NCBI GenBank assembly: GCA_965649825.1
Contig: OZ287708.1
Coordinates: forward strand, 77,101-141,100
DNA length: 64,000 nucleotides
From: Penicillus capitatus
Lineage: Eukaryota > Plantae > Chlorophyta
Reading direction: 5' to 3'
Shown here: positions 51,122 through 62,517 of the stretch, piece after piece
How the letters are laid out: every line of letters begins with the position of its first letter
Position numbering within the stretch: the stretch's first letter is position 1
The notes under the pieces: model-generated
Told to the model about the DNA's origin: nothing
The model's input: only the letters and a program-made list of their open reading frames with translations
Databases searched by the model: none
Program-made: the position numbers and the translations under genes

Positions 51122-54100
51122 ATGGGATGCCTCGAATCAAAAATCCAGGCTGTACAGGCGGGAGAAAACTATGAGGAGTCCGTACAACGACCATTAATAC
51201 AATGGACGGGTGCCGAGGTCGAAACCCTATTGCGACAACATCCCGTGCTGGAATCGTACGCGTCGACGGTTCTCAAAGTAATTTTGAACACTGTGAAATA
51301 TGCTTGCATCACTCCGAATCGTCTTCCAGGGAACAGTGGGCGCCGTGTTTGCTCAGATCACAGACGACGTGCTGAAACAAGCAGGTCGAAGGGTTCTTGT
51401 CGGGCTCTCTGATAAAGAAGGCGTCCCTGTGTCGGTGTAGGCGTTGACAATGGGCTGCATCGAATGCAGATTCTGCATCTGCGAGATGAACAGCTGCAAA
51501 TGGAAAGCCCATCGACATCTCCTCTGTCACCTCCTCCTCTTCAGCATTCCTTGTTTCTCGATTGCGAGGAGGGGAGATGGATTTGATCATCCGTTATGTG
51601 TAGGACGGACCGTGAACTGAGCCTGTCTCCGATCCGGACTCAGAACTCCTCGAACAGTCATTCGACGCAGTTGAAAGACAGAGGCTTCGAATCCGGTTCC
51701 CTGTCTGGCAAGAAGAAAGCAGATGTGGCAGATGTCGAAGGAGGGAAGTACATGGCCATGATGAAAATCCTGCCCAGTGGCAATCTCATTCGGTGAAGCT
51801 TCTCTCTCCGACGTCCCCTCTCGCACACATCATCTTATCTCCTCATCTGCAGCGTGGTGGGAGAAACGTTGCCTCTCGAGGCCAATGGGATCGCCAGTCG
51901 CGTCGTACAGCTCCATGAACTCCACAGCAAGGCGCTGTACAACACGGATAACTGTCGTCGATTTGTCAAGCGCTGTTGCCAGATGCAGAACCTCTTCGCG
52001 ACGAAGAAGCTGCAGCAGACTGTTCATAATGATGCTGTCATCCGCCTGATCGAAGAGATTCTAGATGACGCTCTCGAATTTTTCTCCCTTTTCTCGCAAC
52101 GGTGCTCAATCGTGGACGGAAAGCAGGAATCCTGAGTGTCTGTTTCGGCAGGGGATGGCTTGAACGGGTCCTCCACAGGCCCCGTGATAAGCAGGAGTTT
52201 CAAGAACTCGATCGGCGATTGATCGCTGCGTGTCTGAACGACAAGCACCTCACGATCTCCGATGTTTCGGCAACTAACCTGCAGCAGACTCCGGTACGCG
52301 GCTGCCGTCTGCGGTACATATTAAGCAGCGTATCACGATCAGATGTACACCAACGATACGAGGCGGCTGAGAAACGCCTTGTTCGACGTGGGCGGCATTG
52401 AAGCCTTGAGACAAGGCCGCGCTGCCGTCGAAGAATTGTCGGAGTACTTTCCGGAGGCGAAGCGATCTCAGCTGGACGACAGTATGCAAGGCGAAGTGGA
52501 GCACTACGCTATGCTCATCGACACGTGCAGTGCACACACTGTCATTCGGCACCCGGAATTGCAGGTACAACCGCCAAGACGCGCGTCGCTGACGTCTTAT
52601 ACAAAGGCATTCTGGAAACGACACTTTTCTCACAAGGATAGAATCACATGGGACGAATTTTGGCAGTGCTTTCCGCAGATTCTTAAAAAGTAGGCGTCTT
52701 TTTTGACGATCCCTTCCGATCTGATCTATTTGATCCAGTGAAGAGTGTCCCGTGCTTTGTGAACACATGAAGCGTTCACAGAATCGCGAGATCATACAGA
52801 TGTACATGACGAGGGCATTGCCTCAATTGCTATCCGCGACGGAGGTCGATTTCCTCTTTGAACCGCATCTGACGGTCGAGCAGACACTCCAGAAGCTCCT
52901 GTCCGTTTCATCTCAGCTCCGCGAACTGCCTTCAGCATCTGGAGATTTGAGCATCTCCTTAGGCGAAGGACCCATCAAGGACGGCATCGCTTGGAACTTT
53001 CCTCCGCCGGTATTGCAGAGGAAAACATGAGCACTGTTAGATATTCCCTCAAAGGTTGCGAATGCCATGGTGAGAGAAGAGCTGCTTGTCCAAGTGCTGT
53101 TCGGGGCACAAGATCAAGGCACAAAGATCATGCAGTTAACAGGCACCGCTGGATGCGGCAAATGCGTCTTCGCCAATCAGCTTGCGAGGTGTCTGCTTTC
53201 GTTCGGTCAATGGACAGAAGCTTATTGGATCGATCTCACCGGCATCTGTTCTCACACAGCAGCAGGTTTGGGCACATTGGCAATCACGTGATTCAGGAAA
53301 CGGGTGGTCAGGTTATCATATCATGAGTGAAATGGGCGTCGTGTACGAGGCGGCAGATCTAAAATTTGTTCAAGGCTTCCTGCAACGTCGACAGGGATCA
53401 CTCGGCATCGTCGTCACCGGAATCGATGCCCTTGTGTGCAGCCGCGATGACGAATCTCGACTATTAGATTCATTGGAAAACCTGACCAATGCTGGTGAAC
53501 ACGTGCAGATCGTTATGCTATCACATACGAAGTTAAGGGAAACGCGGGCGTGCATGGTTCATTATGAATTGCCCCCTTTTTCATTGGCTCTGTGCAGCAA
53601 TTGGATGCAGACGCAACTCGGCAGGGCTGCTCCAGAGAAAGAGGAGATAGAACAGTTGATCATCGAGATATCGCACCCTCTGTGCCTCGGAATGATTTCT
53701 AGTCTGGTCCGTATGGGAGCCATCAGTTTGAAAGAGATTTCTGAAGCCATTGAGAACAAGGCACTATCGCACTTAGCAGATAAAGTCACGTCAGACACGT
53801 TTTCGGCTCTGAAAGCAAAGGAACGCAGGTTCTGAGAATCGGCTATCAGTTTTTCGAGATCCAGATCCTGCAGGTGTTTGCTTGCATGTGTTCTTGCTCT
53901 CGAAGAGGAGTTGCTGCAACTGGCTTGCATGCTTTCGCTTTTCCAAGGGCCATTCAGAACAGAATTTGCCGTGGCTCTTGTTCAGAATACCGACATCGGC
54001 GCTGCGGCAGTTCAGGGCAAGCTGAGAGAACTGCGGAATCGAGGAATTCTCGCTCACAACGAGAATTCAGCAGTTCACAAATTTCATCCGCTCATCCGAA

Positions 54101-56442
54101 CCACTTGTCAGTGTCTGTCGACACATCTAGGTGACTGCTCTCACGATCAAATTGCACAAGAAGAGCTGTTGTCGAAGGTATGAGTCTTGATCAGTCGACC
54201 AAGAGTTTTTTCGACGCCGTTTACAATAAATGCGTCTGGAAAGCAGAACAGATGATAGCGCATGCAACATTTGTCACAGCTGCTTTGCATACTTTGCACC
54301 GAGATCAAGTCCATGTCTACCGATTCATGCAGATGGCGAGTTCAGAGGGTGCAGAAGAATCTCTCGGGACTGTTGAGAAATTTCTGTGGGAAGCCCTTCC
54401 TTCATTGTCCTTCCGACTCAATGCTTCGGCACTCGAAAGTGTGTCTGTCGATCGATTGGTGATATGACCAGACTCTGTCCTGCTTCCAGAATTCTATGAA
54501 GCCTGTCTAAGCATTGCCGAAAAGCTCGGCAATTCGCGATTCAAGATCCGGTGCTTGATTCAAACAGGAGAGATGTTGCGGAATGTGGAACGACTGCAAG
54601 AATCCGAAAATGCGCTTCGAGATGCCTTAGCTCTTTGCTTCTCGCATCTCGAAGATCAGTCGCTGGAAGCAGCGAGATGCTACGAAGGCAAGAGGGCAGA
54701 TCATAAACAACAACACTCATGTCCAGTTGGCTGAAGGTATTGGACTGAGCTGTCTTAAGTTGAAGAAGGTCACGGACTCGATCGATTGCTACGAAAAGGC
54801 AGTTGAGCTATACAAAAGCGTGAAGGGGCAGAGATCTGTGGAGACGGCACAATGCAGTCTGGCACTGGGAAAAGCTCTTGGCATGGGCAAACGTCATGCT
54901 GATGCCTACGAGCACTGTATTGCGGCGTTTGGCATACTTAAAGACACCTACGGCCCAGAACATGTGCTCGTTGCACGGGCGTATGCAGACAGCGGCGCTC
55001 AGCTGAAGCATATGAAGAGGGAACGAGATGCCGAGGCTGCATACAGGCATGCCCGTTTCGACGTGGGAACATTCTTGTATGTTCGGCCTAGGAACGCAAT
55101 GGAGGTGCTGGAGAAGATTTTGGGGCCGTCACATCCAGAGGTCGCTAGTGTGATCGTCGAATTTTCGACAGTGCTACGGGCGATGAAGAAACTGAATACA
55201 GCAGAGTCTTTGCTGCTCACCGCTTTACAAATCAGGGAATCGAATTTTGGCCCCTTTCATCCAGAAACAGCGTCGTGCGTCCAGCTTTTGTCTGCACTCT
55301 ACAAAGTACATGCTTTCGGCCGTTCTGATCTTGTCGACCGCTGTGCTTCGTGACAGGCAATGCTTCGATTTGATGAGGCTGCCAATTTTGCTTCCCGTGA
55401 TGTTGAGTTGCGTAAGCGCATGTTTGGTCCAGCCGACGGCGAGATCACGGCGGCATTGATGTCGCTGGTCCTCATTCTGATCGAGAAAGGAGAGTAAGCA
55501 GTGACACTTTTTCGTGCGGGATGACAATGTACAGCTCAGTTACTCAGGCGCCTACAGTCATTGCAAACGAGCATTGAGTATACGAGAGAAGCAGTTCGGC
55601 AGCTGCGATATAAGAGTCGCCCAAACATGTAACATCATGGGAATCATACAGAGACAGCTGGGACGATATGAAGAGGCAAAAGCGATGGTCGAGCGTAGCT
55701 TGAGCATTAAAGAATCCAAGTTTGGCGACCGCCCGCATCCCGAGATCGCGGGTTCTTTAAATGGTCTAGCCGAAATCGAGAAAGAGCTCGAACAGTAAAC
55801 GCAATGGCGGATACTGAGCAACAGCCTGCTTTGGCCCTGCAGGTTGGCTTCGGCCGAGAAGAACAGCAGAAAGAGTGTCGAGATTCGAAAAAAAGCACTT
55901 GGCGAAAATCACCTCTCGACAAGCCTCTCCTTGCAGACCCTGGCGTCCATACTAATGGAAACAGAGAGCTACGAAGAAGCTGAAGACTACATTCGCCAAA
56001 GCATTCGTATTAGGTATGTCCTCTTACATCCTAATTTCATATCGCTTCTCTTTTCCTGCGACAGAGAAAAGCATTTCGGAGAAGACAGCTTTCAGTGCAT
56101 GCAAGCATATGATATCCTGGCGGGCATCTTGTGTAAGAAAGGGCGTTTGGATGAGGCAGAGGAGAAAGCCCACACGTCCATCGACACAAAGATCAAGATC
56201 TTGGGACACAACCATCCAGAAGTTGGGCGTTCACTCGTTGGTATGTCTTTACAAGATTTGTCTGCGACAAAACGTCGAGGGCTTTGCTTTTAGTCCTTGG
56301 TGGCATTCTCATGGCTCGTTCAAACATTGCAGCTGCAAGACAAAAGATTCAACGAGCTTTGAGCATTTTTACATGTTCGTTTGGGGAGGATCATCCAAGT
56401 ATCAAGAAAACTGAACAGATTCTCGAAGGAAAGAACTTGTGA
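51122..56442 (+). CDS. NLR-like STAND NTPase: MGC acylation site, SAM, MLKL-type four-helix bundle, EF-hand-like, P-loop NTPase, TPR repeats (multi-exon)
   Basis: MGCLES. Spliced SAM QWTGAEVETLL..LESY..ITDDVLKQAGVDNGLHRMQIL. 4HB ALYNTDNCRRFVKRC..LDDALEFFSLFSQRGWLERVL..EFQELDRRL. FWKRHFSHKDRITWDEFW. Walker A GTAGCGKC (53142-53165). Winged-helix-like LRELRNRGIL..FHPLIR. At least 8 TPR_12-like repeats (EKILGPSHPEVA, LGENHLSTS, LGHNHPEVG). Confidence 0.8.
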
Positions 56443-58513
56443 GTCAGTGTCATTATCGCTTTTCTAAAAGAGATAGTATGGGAAAACAGAACTGCAACTG
56501 TACGATCATCAAACGACATTTGATATCAAGCCTTCTTCGCTAAAGAATACAGAAAACGAAACGACGACGCGATCCAGGTAGAAACGCGTTAGCGGTACAA
56601 ACACTGTTGTCTGCTTTGCTTTTAGATCCATTAGAGGCCGAAAGACGCAAGAAAACGCGACCGTGCCCCCGCGAAACTGCGATACCGGAGAGTTGATTTT
56701 TCTGTTTACATTTTTCACACACGGTGGCTTCTGTCTTCCAAACCAGACTGTTTTGCTCCTTGTTTAACGAAAAAGTGTCCTGCAATGCTGTCCGGCTTCC
56801 GAAGTGTTCCGCTAAATCCGCAGATTGTATTCAAATAAAAAGCATCGCTATAGATCGTTGTGCCGAGTGGCATGGAAAGGAGAACGTCGAAAGTGAACGA
56901 CGATCTTGAAGCCCCAATCACCGCTCACATTGACGCTCAGCGATACTCTAAATGCGAAAGACGACCGTTCGCGGGTTCTCGTTCGTGACCAGCAAGCCGC
57001 ATTTATCGTCTGCGAATGTAGAATGCATGCGACCTTCTCGATCCCCTTCCCATAGCAAAACCGAAAGAGATCTAAGGATGAAGAAGATTGCGAAGATATT
57101 AATGTTCTTCGATTGGGGCCTAACTCGTCACAATTAAATCCACTAGACACAACTAAGCAAGATGAAGAAAACATTCAGGTGACAAATAGTAGCTCAATTC
57201 CAAAACCCATTGGATGTGCCGCGGGAGTGGTGATGAAGAAACATTGGCTTTCGATCCTTAAGGGCAGTATGACATTTGAGAATAGAATTCCAACGTCTTG
57301 ATTTTCTGGATGATTTACCGCTAGGAGGGAAAACGAGTTGTGATAGCTAACTGATTTCTAAAAGGTTCCTCCGAAGCATTGACTGAACTTGTTTTCACTG
57401 AATCGAACTTTAGTACTCGGCGATTAAAGTCCATTGGCTCTGAGTCGAAGAAAGTAAGCGGGTGATTTTGCCAGAAAACGTAGAAACAAGTACCACACAG
57501 AAGCTATGCACCATTTCAGAGGATTCGGACGCTTGGTGATTGGTACCTAATGGCACTCTGTATGATTCTTATGCTCAACGAGTAAAGCACATTGGCATTT
57601 GTTTAGCGAAATTCACTAAAAGGGTGTATGTTTACCTCTTTGAGGGGTTTTGGGGATGGACGAATATGTTTCGAGTTATAAGCTTGTTTGCATGCCAGTA
57701 AGGCGTCATGTAGCTATCTAGGTATCTAAACAGACCTGAATTTTTTACGCCTGCAATTGTAAGTATTAACGTTGCAAACGAACGTCATTCGTACCCATGT
57801 AACAATGGTTCTTGCCTTCCTTTGCTGCACACAATCTGAAGGAAATTGACAGCGAGCATCTAAAGTAATTTGCTTCATAAACTCTGTCTCCAGATGTGTA
57901 CGATTATACTCGATCGCGACTTTCTCGCTAGAAGTTTGTTCTCGTGATTTCAGGATTACCAACCTTGAATCCTGCGTCTTCTTCTCAACGCTATTCTGCC
58001 TCGTTCCGTGTAGTGGATGGAGGACCCAAAAAAGAAGATGGTCTTTCTGAATGCTTGAATTCACCGACGGAATGCAGATTTCGAGATCGCTGTTCTGCTT
58101 TCAATTCCACAGGACGCAGAACATATTCGACAGAATCCGTTGTCCAACGTATACACAGGTTCCACTTGACCGTATACAACCTGATAAACCGTATAGCGTG
58201 TCGAACGTTGCCTGTTTCGCTTTTCCAAAGACTGAAGCTCAAATACCGCAACTTCAAATTTTCCTGCTGGTAAATCTTCAGACCGTTATCGGCCCGTACA
58301 CTCAAAACACGCTTCGTCGTATTCGTGTTATCGCCCTGTTCAATACGCGAATGTGTCGAGAGACTTGATGCACGACAATTTTAACGTAGATCTGATGTTG
58401 GTGACGCGCTTGCTCCGTACTGTTTCCGCACCAGACGCATTCTTTGTTCCATTTCGAATGCGTGTCATTTCTTTCGCTTTCGTTTAAGGTTCTCGGGTAT
58501 TCGTTATTCGTGT

Positions 58514-58523
58514 ACGTGGCAAG
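58514..58523 (+). promoter_or_regulatory. Conserved ACGTGGCAAG (G-box/ABRE-like) element upstream of RLK copy 2
   Basis: Matches 5772-5781. Confidence 0.4.
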
Positions 58524-58574
58524 ACGCACTGTTCCCGACAACCATCGCTTTCGGTCAAGTCAAATTTGTTCTGT

Positions 58575-61500
58575 ATGAAGTGGACATTGTTGATTATATT
58601 GCTGTCCGCTGGTTCGTCCTGCCAAACAGTGGACACAACCAAGTTCTTTGGAAAATGGAACGATAAACTGCGCGATATCGCGGATGAAATCACGGCGCGT
58701 TTATCTGCAACCGAAAGCAGAAATTGCGAGTGCAGTTACTACGCTTGTGGAGAAAGGCCAGATAAAAACATAACGGAATGTCTCAAATCAGACCACAAAG
58801 AAAAACTGGTCTGCGGCGTCGATCCCTGTGGACATATGAATGTCTGCTATTCTTCAATGTGTGGGCGAATGCCAACTGTTTGCTTTGTAGCTCAGCATAA
58901 ATCGAACATTCGTTCGCATACCACCTTCTGCGACACCGGGCAGTTACGGCAACGCAATCAAGAGAGACATCTGCTTAACTCAGGTGCCTACATGCAGCGC
59001 TTTCACTTTGCACGACCTTTTTCAGGGTTTGGAAGACGCATTCAAAAATGCCAGAGATTACACGAGTGGGTTTGTTCCGTGGACTTACTTTGGGGCAGCA
59101 GAGGCAGGAATATTCGTGTACTGTGCATTTTGATGCAAATATGACATCAGAAAGTAGGACTGGTTTTAGGGGCTGGCCAGGAAAGCCGCGAGAGCAGGTG
59201 AAACTTGGAATATGTCGAGACTACGATCCAGTAACAATGATTTCTAGTGTTCACATCTCTCTAGACGAGTCTGTGTCTAGAGAGTTCGCCCTTGGTGGAG
59301 GCGAGCAGCCTGGCATCCGAGGAATATTGTGATTCTCGTCGATCTCACGACATCCATGAAGGACAAGATCCGAGGAACCGAGAAGTGGAACATGACTCTA
59401 AACATCGTTACACGCTTCTTGGAGACTCTGTCGGAGGACGACGCAGTTCAGATTGTGGGTCTGAAGAGTGAACCCAAAGTGCTGATGGGTCCGGACAGGA
59501 CGATGCCCGCCACGGAGCAGACTGTCGAGAGGTTGACAAACCGGTTGAGAAGGTGGGAACCCGATGAAGGCGACTCTGTTGTGGATATCGGCAAAGCGAT
59601 CGATCGAGCCATGGATCTGCTGCATGCCAACAAGGACCGAGGAATCACAAAATGCGAGAACGTATCCCACTGCCTTCTCTCTTTCTCGAGATGACTGTTG
59701 CTGTCTAGCACATTCTGCTGTTTTCACACAGAAGGGACTGCAGCCATTCCATCAAACGAGACTGCGCGTCCAAGATGTTTGTGAACGAGGATGGAGAATC
59801 CGTCTCTCGACCGGTCGAATCGACAATCGGCGTCGTGGAAGATATCATAGACAGGCAGAACAAGGATTCGCTCAGAAAGAAGCCAATACTCTTCTCCTAT
59901 ACCCTGTCCCCAAAGGCAAACGGCATGCTGAGCCAGTTAGCTTGCCGGCTGGATGGAATCCACGTCGATCTAGAGCGTGAGCTCGAAAAAGGTGGCATCC
60001 GGATTCACGTCAGAATACTCTTGCCATGAGTTGTATCTTCAGGTATCCTGGACCCTCTCCATCTGATGCGTGGGTACTTTCGAAGAGCAGCGTTGACGGT
60101 GGCCAATGCCACTGGAGGAAAGATTTCCGTAAGTAACATGTACAACGATGACTCTGGGTTAGGAAGAATGAACACGCTCACGATGCCGGTCTTCTATAAG
60201 TCGCATTTTGACTGCCCGCCAATTCATTATGGGGTCATCGGAGCCGACATGCGACAATCCGACTATCGAGCCAACGGAATTGTAGCAGATTCACTTAACT
60301 TCGAGAATGATGTATCTAACTGGAATGAACATGTCACAGAGTGCAAATCCATACGAGTCACTCGTTGTCATATGCAAGTCCTGAGGGAGAAGGAAGGGCA
60401 ATGCGTCTATCCTCTGGAAAAATCAGGAGACGAAAAATGCTTCGAGTTTAAGAAGCACATCTACTACGTCGAAGAAAAAAGAGCGATGAAGTTGGAAGAA
60501 GCCAAAGAGTACTGCCTGAGTCTAAGTGGGCAGATGATCGCACCGCGGGATGTTGAGGAGAGGCGTTTTCTGGCTACCTTGATGCCGCCGGACGGCGCGT
60601 GGATCAACATCACTCACGATGACGAGATCGACTGGAAGTGGCCAGACGGCGAACGACTTGATCCAGAAGAGAGGAAGAGCATCGAGCGCTCCTGCGATTA
60701 TCCCCTCCCTCCCGGATTCTACATGGACCCTCGAGACTACGATAACAACTTTCAGTGTGTACAACAGCTTGAACGAAAGACAGTCGTCTGTCAGTTCGAC
60801 GCAGGACAGATCCCGAAAGTTTGCCGATCCAACGTCGTGCTCTGCATTCTGGTATTTCGATGACGGTTTGTTTTGCTCCAGATTGTGGTGTCTGTCACAG
60901 AAGATGACTTCGTGGACACGATACGTACCTGTGATGCGGAGGACTGTCTTCTGACGAACATACCGTCTGATGGCTACACGTCGCTGCAAGAAACTGACAT
61001 ATTCTGCAACTGGAATATGTTAGTAGATAACGATTTCTCCAAAATTGGCTGTTGTTCGCCGGAAGACCTGATCAGGGAGTGTGACGCGGTGGTAACACGC
61101 ATCATTGTTGTAGTCTTTCGCAGTTGATGTGAGTGGTTGTAGGAAGTGAACGACATGGGATTCAACGTAACAAATGAGATCAAAAATGATTCCAGCAGTG
61201 GGAATACCACGGTTGTAGTTGCAGTAATTATTGTGGCCATCGTGGTGGTGATCTTAGCCACACTGTGCTTCTGCTGCGCCCGTCGACAAAGGTCCTCTTT
61301 TGACAAGCCGAGTCATAAGCCAATCCGTTTAGCCTCTGCGGATTACTTAAATCGCCGCCTTGATGTAATGATCGGAAATCGTTCCGGAAGACCTGGGTCT
61401 ATTCAAAGTACATGCAACATTTGCTTGCAACAGAATCTCAGTTTATGTGCAGGTCCATTTGCGGTTGCCTCGCCGAAAGCTGCTGGATCAATCGGAAAGA

Positions 61501-62517
61501 GACCGGAATTGGTGGTCAACATCGAGGTCAATATTCTCGACAATGGATGGGAGAAGATCGGAGGCTACGGCCGCGTCCGACAAGGGGAGTATACGGACAC
61601 CACAGGGAATGTGCACAAGGTGGCCGTCAAGTTCGTGGACGCATTGGCACCTAACGCCGCGTGGGAGGCCCTCAAGAACGAGTTTGACATCCTGGCTTCC
61701 ATTCCTCTCCATCCGAACATCGTCAAGCCCATCGGCGCCCACTGGGGGGACCGCACGCAGAACTCCCAGCGCTACATCGTCGAAGAGCTGATGCACACCA
61801 ATCTTGGAGATCTGATGATCGACACGAGTACTCCGTCTTATCCCGGCAAGACCATGGTGTACAAGGACTGGATCAATATCTTCGTCGGCATCGCTCGTGG
61901 TCTGGAGCATCTCCACCAGCATAAGATCATCCACTTCGACTTGAAACCTAGAAACGTCCTCCTAGACGAGGACATGAACGCCAAGATTGCAGACTTCGGT
62001 TGCTCCAAGTCGAAGTTTGATACCTACATCGAACTCAGCAAGATGGGCGGAACTCCTCCGTACCTGGCACCGGAGTGCTGGATGCTCTACTACGCGCAGA
62101 ATGTCAGAACGGAGGTGGCGAGAGTCAAGATCGACGTCTACAGCTTTGGCGTGATCATGTGGGAGTGTTTAAACGGAGGGAACAGTTTGGCGACTGCGTT
62201 GTACAAACGCAAAAGCACGGCATCTCCTCAGGCCTCTGCCAATCCGGACAACATCGAAATTGTCCGCGAGAGCCGTTCGTCTGGTAAGCAGCCAAGTGAT
62301 AGACCTACCAGTGTTCTTCATCTTCTCTTCTGATGTAGAAGGAAACCAGCAGTGGGAGATCCAGTACTATCTCAGCGAAGAGATCCCTGAAGGCTTGAGG
62401 AACTTGGTCACACAGTGTGTCCGTGTCGATTTTGATTTCCGACCGACATGCGGGCAGATTCTGGACACCCTGGTGCCTATGCTTGACGAAGAGTGGGCAA
62501 ATCATCCAGTTCCTTAG
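58575..62517 (+). CDS. Receptor-like kinase copy 2 (paralogue of 5841-9829), same vWA-Cache-CTLD-TM-kinase architecture
   Basis: [15 protein letters not shown]; [26 protein letters not shown]; same exon structure; kinase nearly identical to copy 1 (HFDLKPRN); stop TAG at 62517. Confidence 0.88.

Noticed and set aside
51680-51705. tRNA T-loop-like ttcgaatcc
   Set aside because: Lies in a coding exon with no cloverleaf around it.
54700-56442. Kinesin light chain
   Set aside because: The TPRs are similar, but the upstream P-loop, 4HB and SAM show a STAND protein; no KLC heptad region.
56500-58500. Short ORFs between the NLR-like gene and receptor copy 2
   Set aside because: No recognisable domains or consistent splice chain; treated as intergenic or decayed sequence.
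5841-62517. Ulvophycean alternative code (TAA/TAG = Gln)
   Set aside because: Long Gln-rich exons (e.g. 27650-29152) contain no in-frame TAA/TAG, and conserved C-termini end in TAG or TAA.
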